From Thermoplasmata archaeon (lineage in GTDB: Archaea > Thermoplasmatota > Thermoplasmata > RBG-16-68-12), in contig DATBXC010000186.1 in the NCBI GenBank assembly GCA_036514455.1, forward strand, positions 1 to 48,759: 48,759 bases of DNA. Direction: 5' to 3'. The first letter of the stretch is position 1. Each line of letters begins with the position of its first letter. Under the pieces are notes generated by a model. That model searched no databases and was not told the DNA's origin. It worked only from the letters and a program-made list of their open reading frames with translations. Position numbers and translations under genes: made by a program. This document shows positions 1 to 8,078 of the stretch, piece after piece.

Positions 1-1
1 C

Positions 2-202
2 GAGGTGATCCTCGTGGACCCGCAGCACCCCGCGATCAAGAACGACCCGAAGATCAACTGGATCTGCGAGCCCCAGCACCGCGGCCGCGCGTTCCGCGGC
101 CTCACGAGCGCGGGCCGGAAGGGCCGGGGCCTCATGTACAAAGGGAAGGGCGTCGAGAAGAACCGGCCGAGCATTGGGGCCCACGACCGGAAGGGCAAGT
201 AG
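2..202 (+). CDS. rpl15e: ribosomal protein L15e, C-terminal part (5' end outside the window)
   Basis: ORF runs off the left edge. The sequence ...[26 protein letters not shown]... matches the conserved eL15 C-terminus. TAG stop at 200-202. Confidence 0.8.
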   Translation, partial: EVILVDPQHPAIKNDPKINWICEPQHRGRAFRGLTSAGRKGRGLMYKGKGVEKNRPSIGAHDRKGK

Positions 203-203
203 G

Positions 204-1061
204 TCACGCCGCGCGGATCCGCTCCGCGAGCGCCCGCACCTCGCCCGCATCCATCCCAACCACCGGATGGAACACGGGCACGCTGAGAGCGGGCTTCTCG
301 TCCGGAATCTCGTCCACGCGCGTCCCCGTGAACACGGCCTCGGACCGCGAGGCCTTCACGAGGTCCGCGAGATCCTGCCCGGGTTCGTACGAAAGGACCT
401 TCAGGTGGGTGTCCCACCGACGGAGTGGCTCGTGGGCCGCCGACCCGTCGGGCGCCGCGATTGTGACCTTGCACCCGCGCTTCATCGCGAGCCACGCCGC
501 GGCCATGCCCGCCTCGGAGTCCACGAGCGCGACGGCCCGCCCCTGGCTCCCCATCGGGAGACCGCCGGGGCCGTCGACGACCTTGTCGAACACGTAGGCC
601 TTGTTCTCCCGCACCTCGACCCGGACCTCCACCTCCGGGGAGGAGAGGTCCACACGGGCCCCCGGGACCGCCTCTTGGATCCGCCGGCCCAGGAGCGTCG
701 CGAGGTCCTGGCTCGAGTACGTGTGGGTCCCGGAGCGGCGCGCACGGATCGCGAAGCTCCCGCCCCCGCGGAGCCGCGCCTTCGCGACGTCCACCGCCAG
801 GGATGCGACCGCCTCCGGCTCGCTCGACGTCTCCCGGGCGGGGCTGAACGAGACGATCCCGAACACCCGGCGCAGGGCCCCGGTCGCGGCCGCGAGGTCG
901 TTCGCGTCCACGTACACCCGCCCGCGGTCCGAGCGGGTGAGGCACTCGATCCCCTCCGCCGCGAACAGGTCCTGGATGTTCCCGACGAGGCGGTCGAGGA
1001 GCTGCTTCCGCACGTACGGGGACTTCAGGCCGAGTTCCCCGAACCGCACGAGGATGACCAT
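204..1061 (-). CDS. THUMP-domain ThiI-like protein with degenerate PP-loop
   Basis: ORF 204..1085. ATG at 1061 is preceded by GGAGG with a 4-nt spacer. N-terminal VRFGELGLKS... ferredoxin-like/THUMP part. It is followed by ALVDSEAGMAAAWLAMKRG where ThiI has LLSGGIDSPVAA..MKRG. Confidence 0.75.
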   Translation of the reverse strand: MVILVRFGELGLKSPYVRKQLLDRLVGNIQDLFAAEGIECLTRSDRGRVYVDANDLAAATGALRRVFGIVSFSPARETSSEPEAVASLAVDVAKARLRGGGSFAIRARRSGTHTYSSQDLATLLGRRIQEAVPGARVDLSSPEVEVRVEVRENKAYVFDKVVDGPGGLPMGSQGRAVALVDSEAGMAAAWLAMKRGCKVTIAAPDGSAAHEPLRRWDTHLKVLSYEPGQDLADLVKASRSEAVFTGTRVDEIPDEKPALSVPVFHPVVGMDAGEVRALAERIRAA

Positions 1062-1110
1062 CGCGCCTCCGAAAGGCGACCGCACGATAAAGCGTCTCGC
1101 GAGCCTTTAA

Positions 1111-1950
1111 GTGAGGGCGGCGAATCCGCGCAGCGTGGACGCGACCACCCTCCTTCTCCAGGCCGTCCTCGTCTTCGCGGTCGCGTTCATCTACGCGAAC
1201 CTGGGCCTCGGGGGCGGGCTCCTGTTCGTCCCGATCCTCCTGTCCACGGGCGTCGGCGCGAGCGCCGTGGCGGTGCCGATTTCCCTCACGTTCACGATCG
1301 CGACCGCGACGTCCTCCGTGATCAACCATCGCCGGAAGGGGTTCGTGGACTTCCGCCTCGGCGGGACGCTCGTGGCGGGCGCGCTCGTCGGTGCGGTCGT
1401 CGGGACGTTCTTCACCCTGCTGTTCCTGGTCGACGCGTGGACGTTCAAGGCCTTCTTCACGGGGGTCCTGCTCGTCTTCGGGGCGTACATACTCGTCGAC
1501 TGGGTCCGGAACGCGCGGGACGTGGATGAAGACGACGACGCGAAGATGAGCCCGTCCCGGAAGGCGGGGGTCACCGCGGCGACCGTCGGCTCCGGCTTCC
1601 TTTCCGGGAGCATGGGGATTGGCGGCGGGCTGCTGAACGTCCCCCTCCTGGTGTACGGCCTTGGGCGCAAGACGCGGAAGGCGATCGGCACGTCCTCCCT
1701 GCTGATCATCCCGACCGCCGCGGTGGGCTTCACGACGTACGTCGCCAGCCTGGCCTTCCGGCCTGCCGGGCTCGCGTGGCCGCCCGAGTTCGTCCTGATC
1801 CCGGTCCTGTTCCCGATTGTCTTCGTGGGCGCGTACCTCGGTTCTCGGTGGGGCCTCCGCGCCCTCCAGACCCGCCCCGTTGCGCTGATTTTCATCCTCG
1901 TCGTGTTCGTCGCGGCCGCCAAGCTCGTGTACGATCTCGTGGTCGCGTGA
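1111..1950 (+). CDS. TauE/SafE (DUF81) family anion exporter membrane protein
   Basis: Polytopic hydrophobic protein with the duplicated motif GLGGGLLFVPIL / GIGGGLLNVPLL. The start may instead be GTG 1135, about 25 nt after a TTTAAG box. Confidence 0.8.
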   Translation: MRAANPRSVDATTLLLQAVLVFAVAFIYANLGLGGGLLFVPILLSTGVGASAVAVPISLTFTIATATSSVINHRRKGFVDFRLGGTLVAGALVGAVVGTFFTLLFLVDAWTFKAFFTGVLLVFGAYILVDWVRNARDVDEDDDAKMSPSRKAGVTAATVGSGFLSGSMGIGGGLLNVPLLVYGLGRKTRKAIGTSSLLIIPTAAVGFTTYVASLAFRPAGLAWPPEFVLIPVLFPIVFVGAYLGSRWGLRALQTRPVALIFILVVFVAAAKLVYDLVVA

Positions 1951-2011
1951 CGCCCCGCGCCTGACAAACCTTCATATCGCGACGCAGGATGCGAGGGGCC
2001 TGCGGGATGGG

Positions 2012-3313
2012 ATGAGGCGCTCCTCTCCAGACGGCCAGAGATGGTTCTACGCGTACCTCCCGAACGGGATGGCGGGCGGCACGACCTCCCCCTTGATCCC
2101 GCTCTTCACGCGCGTCCTCGGGGGCTCCGTCGCGGACGTCGGCGCGGTCGCGGCCGCGTCGAGCATCGCGTCCGTCCCCGCCTTCATGGCGTGGGGGAGC
2201 CTCTCGGACCGCCTCCACCGCCGCAAGGCGTTCGTCCTGATCGGTTTCTTCGGCCTCGCCCTCTCCCTGTTCCTCATGGGGATCAGCCGGAACGTCGCGG
2301 ACTTCTACGTCGTGAACCTGCTGGCGGGCGTCCTCGGGGCCGCGAGCGCCCCCGTGGGCACGGTCCTGATCCTGGAGACGACGAAGCAGCAGGACTGGCC
2401 CTCCCGCATCGCCGTCTTCTCCCGCGTCGGCGGGATCGGTTGGGTCACGGGCCTCGTCCTCGGCGTCGTGTGGCTCCAGGTTCTGCCCCTACCGGAGGGC
2501 GCGGACATGCGGTTCCTGTTCGTGATCGGGTCCGCGCTCGCGCTGCTCTCCGGCGTCCTCGCGTGGCGGTGGATCGGCGAGCCCGTGAAGAAAGTCGAAC
2601 GCCACCGCCTCGACTTCGTCGACGTGTACTGGCGGGTCGAGCGGCTCCGGTACCTCCCGATGCGCCTCCTCTACTACCTGGACCTCCGGAACCACGCGGG
2701 CCGGCGGCACCGCTCCCCCGCCCTGACCCGGTACCTCGCGACGGTCTTCCTCCTGTTCTCCGGCTTCACCGCGTTCTACGCGATCTTCCCCGTGTACCTC
2801 CGGGACGCCGCGGGCCTGACGACGGCCCAGGTGTTCCTCGTGTTCGTCGCGAGCCAGGTCGCCTCCGCCCTCGCGTACGGGCGCGTCGGGCGGTGGGTGC
2901 GGGCGAAGGGCGGGCGGCGCGTGCAGCTGTACGCGTCCGCGGCCCGCGCCCTCCTGTTCCCCTCGTTCCTCGCGATCCCGCTCCTCCCTGGCGGGCCCGC
3001 CGTCGCGTTCGCGGCGATCCTCGGGGTCCACGGCCTCGTCGGCCTGTGCTGGGCGGTGATCAACGTCGCGGGCGCCACCGTCGTCTCCGAGCTCGCGCCC
3101 GCCGGGGAGAGGTCCGGCGTGCTCGGCGCGTTCAACGCGGTCCAGGGCTTCGGCGCGATCCTCGGGCCGCTGGCGGGCGGCTTCGTCGCCCACCTCTTCG
3201 GGTTCGAGTCCGGGTTCCTCGCGGCCTCCGCGTTCGTCGCGGCGGGCGTCCTCCTCCTCGGAGTCCCCGCCCTCGCGCCCGCCGTCCGTACGGAAACTAG
3301 GGAGCCTTTATAG
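2012..3313 (+). CDS. MFS transporter
   Basis: 433-aa ORF with a roughly 12-TM hydrophobic pattern. MFS motif-A-like GSLSDRLHRRK lies after the second hydrophobic segment. Strong GC3 coding bias. Confidence 0.8.
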   Translation: MRRSSPDGQRWFYAYLPNGMAGGTTSPLIPLFTRVLGGSVADVGAVAAASSIASVPAFMAWGSLSDRLHRRKAFVLIGFFGLALSLFLMGISRNVADFYVVNLLAGVLGAASAPVGTVLILETTKQQDWPSRIAVFSRVGGIGWVTGLVLGVVWLQVLPLPEGADMRFLFVIGSALALLSGVLAWRWIGEPVKKVERHRLDFVDVYWRVERLRYLPMRLLYYLDLRNHAGRRHRSPALTRYLATVFLLFSGFTAFYAIFPVYLRDAAGLTTAQVFLVFVASQVASALAYGRVGRWVRAKGGRRVQLYASAARALLFPSFLAIPLLPGGPAVAFAAILGVHGLVGLCWAVINVAGATVVSELAPAGERSGVLGAFNAVQGFGAILGPLAGGFVAHLFGFESGFLAASAFVAAGVLLLGVPALAPAVRTETREPL

Positions 3314-3341
3314 AGGGTCCTCGCCTCCCCAGATTCCGGGG
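3307..3341 (+). promoter_or_regulatory. TATA box (TTTATAG, built on the MFS stop codon) plus ATTCCGGGG motif upstream of the saccharopine-DH-like gene
   Basis: An AT-rich heptamer at 3307-3313 sits in GC-rich DNA. ATTCCGGGG at 3333-3341 lies at the expected transcription-start distance. The GTG start is at 3349. Confidence 0.4.
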
Positions 3342-3348
3342 TGTTCTC

Positions 3349-4530
3349 GTGCGGGTCCTCGTGCTCGGCGGGTACGGCATGATGGCGCAGTCGACGGTCC
3401 GCGACCTCCTGGGGAGCAAGGGGGTCGACGGGGTCGGGATCGCGGGCCGGAGTGCGGAGAAGGCGAAGGCGTTCGCGAGGGTCCTCCGGGACGACCGCGC
3501 GGTCCCCACCCCCGTGGACATCCGGGAGCAGGACACGCTCGTCCGCGTGATGAAGGACTGGGATGTCGTGATCAACTCCGCGTGGTACGACCTGAACGTG
3601 ATCATCACGGAGGCCGCGATCCGCGCGGGGATCCACTACACGGACCTCGGCGGCCTCTACAACCTGACCCTTAAGCAGATGAAGCTCGACCGGAAGGCGA
3701 AGGACGCGGGGGTCACGTGCCTCCTCGGGATGGGCTCGACCCCGGGCACCATGAACGTGATGGGCGCGTACGGCGCATCGAAGCTGGACCGGATCACGAA
3801 GGTCCGCCTGCGGTCGAGCGGGGCCGTCGTGCGGGGCGGGGAGCCCGGGCTCTTCACCCCGCCGTACGCGATCCGCACGATCCTCGACGAGTTCCAGCTC
3901 GACTGCCCGATCCTCCGGAAAGGCAGGATCCAGATGGTCCCCGCGCGGTCCGGCCTCGAGCGGATGGAGTTCGACCCGCCCGTCGGGAAGGTCGAGGGCT
4001 ACTACACAATCCACTCCGAGCTCGCCACGATGCCGCAGACCCTCGGGAAGGGCGTCCAGGAGATGGACTTCATCGTCGCGTTCTCCCCCGAGTTCCGCCA
4101 GACCGTCTCGACGGTGTGCGCGCTCGGGCTGGCCCGCCACGAGCCCATCGCCGTGGGAGGACAGAAGGTCGATCCATTCGATGCCACCTCTTCCCTGATC
4201 GAGTCCCTCCCGAAGCCGCAGGAGGCCGAGCTCGACGTCGACGTGCAGCGGTGCGAGCTGATCGGCGAGAAGGACGGCCATCCTGTGACCCTGCGGTACG
4301 AGGCCTGGACATGGCCCCACGAGCGGTGGAACCTGGGCGGAGGGACCGTGGACACCGGCGTGCCGCCGTCGATCGCCGCGCAGTGGCTCGCGGCGGGACG
4401 GGTGAAGGCGAAGGGCACGGTCCCGCCCGAGGTCGCGCTCGACCCGCTCCCGTACTTCAAGGAGCTCGCGGCACAGGGCCGCGGAATCCGCATCGTCGAG
4501 GTCGCGGAGGAGCGGCGGGCGCTGAACTAG
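3349..4530 (+). CDS. saccharopine dehydrogenase family NAD(P) oxidoreductase (paralogue 1)
   Basis: N-terminal Rossmann motif MRVLVLGGYGMMAQ. Length and the central LGMGSTPG region are typical of the Sacchrp_dh N+C architecture (lysine 6-DH / carboxyspermidine-DH relatives). Confidence 0.8.
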   Translation: MRVLVLGGYGMMAQSTVRDLLGSKGVDGVGIAGRSAEKAKAFARVLRDDRAVPTPVDIREQDTLVRVMKDWDVVINSAWYDLNVIITEAAIRAGIHYTDLGGLYNLTLKQMKLDRKAKDAGVTCLLGMGSTPGTMNVMGAYGASKLDRITKVRLRSSGAVVRGGEPGLFTPPYAIRTILDEFQLDCPILRKGRIQMVPARSGLERMEFDPPVGKVEGYYTIHSELATMPQTLGKGVQEMDFIVAFSPEFRQTVSTVCALGLARHEPIAVGGQKVDPFDATSSLIESLPKPQEAELDVDVQRCELIGEKDGHPVTLRYEAWTWPHERWNLGGGTVDTGVPPSIAAQWLAAGRVKAKGTVPPEVALDPLPYFKELAAQGRGIRIVEVAEERRALN

Positions 4531-4541
4531 GGGGCATCTCC

Positions 4542-5861
4542 ATGGCGCGCGACAAGGTCCGCGGGTCCGAGCGGCTGCTGAGGGAGCGGAACGAGGTCAT
4601 CCCGCGGAGCGTCCGCACGGGCACGGACCTCTTCGTCGTGCGGGCGGAGGGCCACACCCTCTGGGACGCGGACGGCCGCGCGTACACGGACCTCACGGGC
4701 GGAATCGGCGTCACGAGCACGGGCCACCGCCCCGCCCGCGTCGTGAAGGCGCTGAAGGACCAGATTGACCGCTACCTCCACGTCTGCTTCATGGTCTTCA
4801 ACTACGAGCCCTACGTCGAGCTCGCGAAGGCCCTGCGGGCCGTCGCGCCCCTCCCGGGCGGGAAGAGCGCGTTCTTCAACAGCGGCGCGGAGGCGGTGGA
4901 GAACGCGGTGAAGATCGCGCGGGCGTACACGAAGCGCCCCGGCGCGATCTCGTTTTTGAACTCCTTCCACGGGCGCACCCTGCTGACCCTCTCCCTCACG
5001 GGCAAGTACGCGCCGTACAAGGTCGGGTTCGAGCCCTTCGTGCCCCACGTGTACCAGGCGCCGTACCCGTACCACTACCGGTGCCCGCCCGGGCACTCGG
5101 AATCGGAGTGCGGGGACCGGGCCCTCGAGGGGATCGAGGCCGTCTTCCACTCCCAGGCGCCCGCGGACAAGGTCGCGGCGATCGTGTTCGAACCGGTCCA
5201 GGGGGAGGGTGGGTTCGTCGTCCCGCCGCGGGACTTCGTCCGGGGCCTGAGGACGCTCTGCTCCGACCACGGCATCGTGTTCGTGGACGACGAGGTCCAG
5301 GCGGGGATGGGCCGCACCGCGAAGATGTTCGCGATCGAGCACTTCGGGGTCGAGCCCGACCTCGTGACGACCGCGAAGGCGCTGGGCGGGGGCCTCCCGA
5401 TCAGCGGCGTCACGGGCCGCCCGGAGATCATGGACGCCCCGGTCCCGGGGTCCGTGGGCGGGACGTTCGGCGGGAACCCGCTCTCCTGCGTGGCGGCGCT
5501 CGAGAACCTCGCGCTGATCAAGGCGTCCCTGCCCGCGGCGGAGCGGCTCGGGCGCGCGATCCGGAAGCGGCTCGAGGAGATGCGGGAGGCCCACGAGCTC
5601 GTCGGTGACGTCCGGGGTCTGGGGTGCATGCAGGCCCTCGAGCTCGTGAAGGACCGGAAATCGAAGGAGCCGGCGAAGGACGAGACGAAGGCGGTCCAGA
5701 ACGAGGCCCGTGAGAACGGACTCCTCGTGCTCACCGCCGGATGGCACGACAACGTGATTCGCTTGCTCCCGCCAATCACAATGCCGGTGGACGCGCTCGA
5801 CACCGCGCTCGACGTCCTTGGCGCTGCGATCGGAAAAGTGGAGAGGGAACGCCGCACGTGA
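4542..5861 (+). CDS. class-III (omega) aminotransferase, GabT/ArgD-like
   Basis: In-frame ATG at 4542, 11 nt after the upstream stop. Motifs LTGGIGVTSTGH, FNSGAEAVENAVK, VFVDDEVQAGMGRT and TTAKALGGGLP (PLP lysine). The ORF-track N-terminal extension back to 3717 is a frame artefact. Confidence 0.9.
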   Translation: MARDKVRGSERLLRERNEVIPRSVRTGTDLFVVRAEGHTLWDADGRAYTDLTGGIGVTSTGHRPARVVKALKDQIDRYLHVCFMVFNYEPYVELAKALRAVAPLPGGKSAFFNSGAEAVENAVKIARAYTKRPGAISFLNSFHGRTLLTLSLTGKYAPYKVGFEPFVPHVYQAPYPYHYRCPPGHSESECGDRALEGIEAVFHSQAPADKVAAIVFEPVQGEGGFVVPPRDFVRGLRTLCSDHGIVFVDDEVQAGMGRTAKMFAIEHFGVEPDLVTTAKALGGGLPISGVTGRPEIMDAPVPGSVGGTFGGNPLSCVAALENLALIKASLPAAERLGRAIRKRLEEMREAHELVGDVRGLGCMQALELVKDRKSKEPAKDETKAVQNEARENGLLVLTAGWHDNVIRLLPPITMPVDALDTALDVLGAAIGKVERERRT

Positions 5862-5882
5862 TCCGTGCCCACACGCCGATAG

Positions 5883-5904
5883 AGCGGATGACGATGCCGC
5901 TTTT
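5883..5904 (+). terminator. weak hairpin (AGCGG-N9-CCGCT) followed by TTTT after the aminotransferase gene
   Basis: 5-bp stem ending in a T4 run, 22 nt downstream of the stop at 5861. Confidence 0.3.
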
Positions 5905-6010
5905 CCAGCTTCGATGCCGGGTTCCGGCGTTGCTATCGAATTCGATAATTCCGGGGTTATACGAATCGAAGGCTTCGCGGAGGCGGCCCGGCTGTAACGG
6001 CTCTTGCGAA

Positions 6011-6031
6011 ATGTATAATACGATTCCGGGC
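6011..6031 (+). promoter_or_regulatory. TATA box (ATGTATAATA) followed after 3 nt by TTCCGGG; promoter of surface-protein gene A
   Basis: AT-rich decamer about 80 nt upstream of ATG 6098. AGGAGG lies directly before the ATG. The gene B promoter has the same TATA-N3-TTCCGGG arrangement. Confidence 0.45.
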
Positions 6032-6097
6032 GTTAGGGATAACGGGTAATTCGCGGGGGAGCGGAGACCCTTTTCTGCTGCTTCGCGGGTTAGGAGG

Positions 6098-7912
6098 ATG
6101 AGTCCGGTGAAGCGAGCGGTGGCGTTGGTGGCGCTCGCCCTTGTGGCGAGCGGTGGCTTTGTCGCCTTGATCGGCTGGAGCGCGGGCTCGGCTGGGAGCG
6201 ACGAGGATGTGGGCCCCATGCGCGCAGGGGCCTACACCTGGAAATTCTATGACTTCTTCAACGTGCCGTACGACACGTGGTGGACGGACACGGGTCAGCG
6301 CCCGCGCGTGTATGGGGACGTGGTCCTGTCCACCGCGTACCCGTACACAAACTGGTACCCGTGGGCGGAGGACAAGAACGACCCGACGATCTACACGTCG
6401 TACCGGATTGACATGGGCGCCACGGGCACGACGGGCTGGACCCAGGACAATCCCGTGATCCTCCCGAGGTTCGGCTCGGGGACCGTAATCGCGCCGATTA
6501 CCCTGGACTGGTACATGCAGTACATCTCGAACACGCGGCGCACGGAACTCGCGGGCGCGGGATGCTTCATCCCGTCCGGCGCGATGGACGGCTTCATCAT
6601 GGAGGTCCAGTCAACCTTCTCGATGGACCTCGCCACCGCCGCCGTCCTCTTCGGGGTCACAGGGGACCCGGCGACGTGGTGGGACGCGAACACGAACCCC
6701 GGCTGTACGGACTACGGCGCGCTCGAGGTGGACTGGGAGATGTGGCTCTCGGACCTCGGGAACGGGGTGTACGATGTCTACAATTCGTACGAGTACGTCT
6801 ACGGGCCCTGGTTCACGGATGTTGGTTACTCGATCAGCGGGAACACGATCACCGTGAGCTTCCACCACGTCACGTGGGGAATCGAGGTCCTGATGGCCCG
6901 CTGGATGTACTGGGGCTCGACGACGTACGAGAGCATGGGGACCCCGGTGGGTTGGTGGCCGTGGGAGCTCGCGTGGTTCGAGGACTACCACCTGACGGGG
7001 ATCCTCGGGTCGACCTCCGACTTCCAGCTGACGACCGTGATGGCGTACCACTTCGCGGCCTCCGCGCTGACCGGTCCGGACGGGGCCTGGGGCACCGCGG
7101 ACGACGCGTCGACCTGGGTGTTCCAGCCGTACCTGTCCGACTACCTGTACTCGGGCCGCGACCACCCGGTGTCGGAGTTGGACCCGTACATCGGGCGGGA
7201 CACGCGCAAGACGACGCCCGGCTCGATCTACTACGGTGACCTCGGACCGTACAGCTTCGTCCCGAAGGAGTGGGACCTGCTCGCGGGGGAGAGCGTTACC
7301 TGGGACTTCCCGGAGGGCAACGTCGTCTGGTATAGCCCGCAGTCCCCGGAGACGTCGGACCCGGCGACCCTGCTCTACACGACGGGGCCGCTGACCCTCG
7401 TCAACCGGCTCCCGACCGGGTTCGGGACGTGGGACGAGGCAACGAACTCGCTGACGGTGACGGGACCCCTTGACGGCGCGCTGCCGGCGAACCCGGACTA
7501 CGGGACGCCGTACGTCGAGATCGGCACGGAGACGGCGCCGCCGCCGGTTGTTGAGCACCTCGCGGACCTCGTTCGGAAGTCCGCGTGGCCGGAGCGGCAC
7601 CACTACGTGATCGGCCGGGACCCGGACGGGACGCAGACCCTGTACGGGAAGGTCGAGAACCTCGGCACGGAGGACACCGCCGTGCTCGTCCGGTTCTCCG
7701 TCGCGAAGAACGGCGGGCCCGCCACGGGGTACGACTCTGCCACGACGGTTCTGGCGCCCGGGCAGCGGATGGACCTGACGGCCGGCCTCACCGGGCTGAC
7801 TCCCGGGAAGTACGGCGTGTCCGCCCAGGCCTGGTACGACTCGGACGGGGACGGAATCCCGGACACCGCGGGCGCGAAGGTGAAGCAGTTCTCCTTCGCG
7901 GTCGTCCCTTAG
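6098..7912 (+). CDS. N-anchored/secreted surface protein A: unrecognised Trp/Tyr-rich ~430-aa module + CARDB/Ig-like C-terminal domain
   Basis: Signal/anchor peptide MSPVKRAVALVALALVASGGFVALIG. The module (about aa 45-480) is paralogous to the C-termini of the next two genes. The tail ...VENLGTEDTAVLVRFSV...DSDGDGIPD looks CARDB-like. Confidence 0.8.
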   Translation: MSPVKRAVALVALALVASGGFVALIGWSAGSAGSDEDVGPMRAGAYTWKFYDFFNVPYDTWWTDTGQRPRVYGDVVLSTAYPYTNWYPWAEDKNDPTIYTSYRIDMGATGTTGWTQDNPVILPRFGSGTVIAPITLDWYMQYISNTRRTELAGAGCFIPSGAMDGFIMEVQSTFSMDLATAAVLFGVTGDPATWWDANTNPGCTDYGALEVDWEMWLSDLGNGVYDVYNSYEYVYGPWFTDVGYSISGNTITVSFHHVTWGIEVLMARWMYWGSTTYESMGTPVGWWPWELAWFEDYHLTGILGSTSDFQLTTVMAYHFAASALTGPDGAWGTADDASTWVFQPYLSDYLYSGRDHPVSELDPYIGRDTRKTTPGSIYYGDLGPYSFVPKEWDLLAGESVTWDFPEGNVVWYSPQSPETSDPATLLYTTGPLTLVNRLPTGFGTWDEATNSLTVTGPLDGALPANPDYGTPYVEIGTETAPPPVVEHLADLVRKSAWPERHHYVIGRDPDGTQTLYGKVENLGTEDTAVLVRFSVAKNGGPATGYDSATTVLAPGQRMDLTAGLTGLTPGKYGVSAQAWYDSDGDGIPDTAGAKVKQFSFAVVP

Positions 7913-7922
7913 GCGAACGCAC

Positions 7923-7954
7923 GGGGGCCTCACGGCCCCCGGATTTCATTTTTT
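7923..7954 (+). terminator. GC hairpin (GGGGGCC-TCAC-GGCCCCC) followed by a T6 run
   Basis: Perfect 7-bp stem at 7923-7940, 11 nt after the gene A stop. TTTTTT at 7949-7954. Confidence 0.55.
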
Positions 7955-8018
7955 CCTCCGCGCGAAGCGAGCGGAGACGCGGAGCGTTCCTCGCGTCCGT
8001 TCGACCGGTGCGCAAGCG

Positions 8019-8044
8019 TTTATTTATACCGTTCCGGGAATCCC
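8019..8044 (+). promoter_or_regulatory. TATA box (TTTATTTATA) followed after 3 nt by TTCCGGGAATCCC; promoter of surface-protein gene B
   Basis: AT-rich decamer about 50 nt before the start. GGGAGGGG at 8064-8071 precedes TTG 8079 (and GTG 8085). Confidence 0.5.
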
Positions 8045-8078
8045 ACTGCACAGTAGTCTCGAAGGGAGGGGAACAGGT

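Noticed and set aside
3717-4541. N-terminal 275-aa extension of the aminotransferase ORF (3717..5861)
   Set aside because: The extension is an alternative frame of the saccharopine-DH gene and is Arg/Pro/Gly-rich. The aminotransferase homology starts at ATG 4542. The same logic rejects the extensions 19772..20443 (SDR), 21280..21429 (aminotransferase 2), 30815..31555 (CBS), 46561..47142 (HTH_10), 47064..47594 (Lrp/AsnC), 25326..25670 and 29842..29994.
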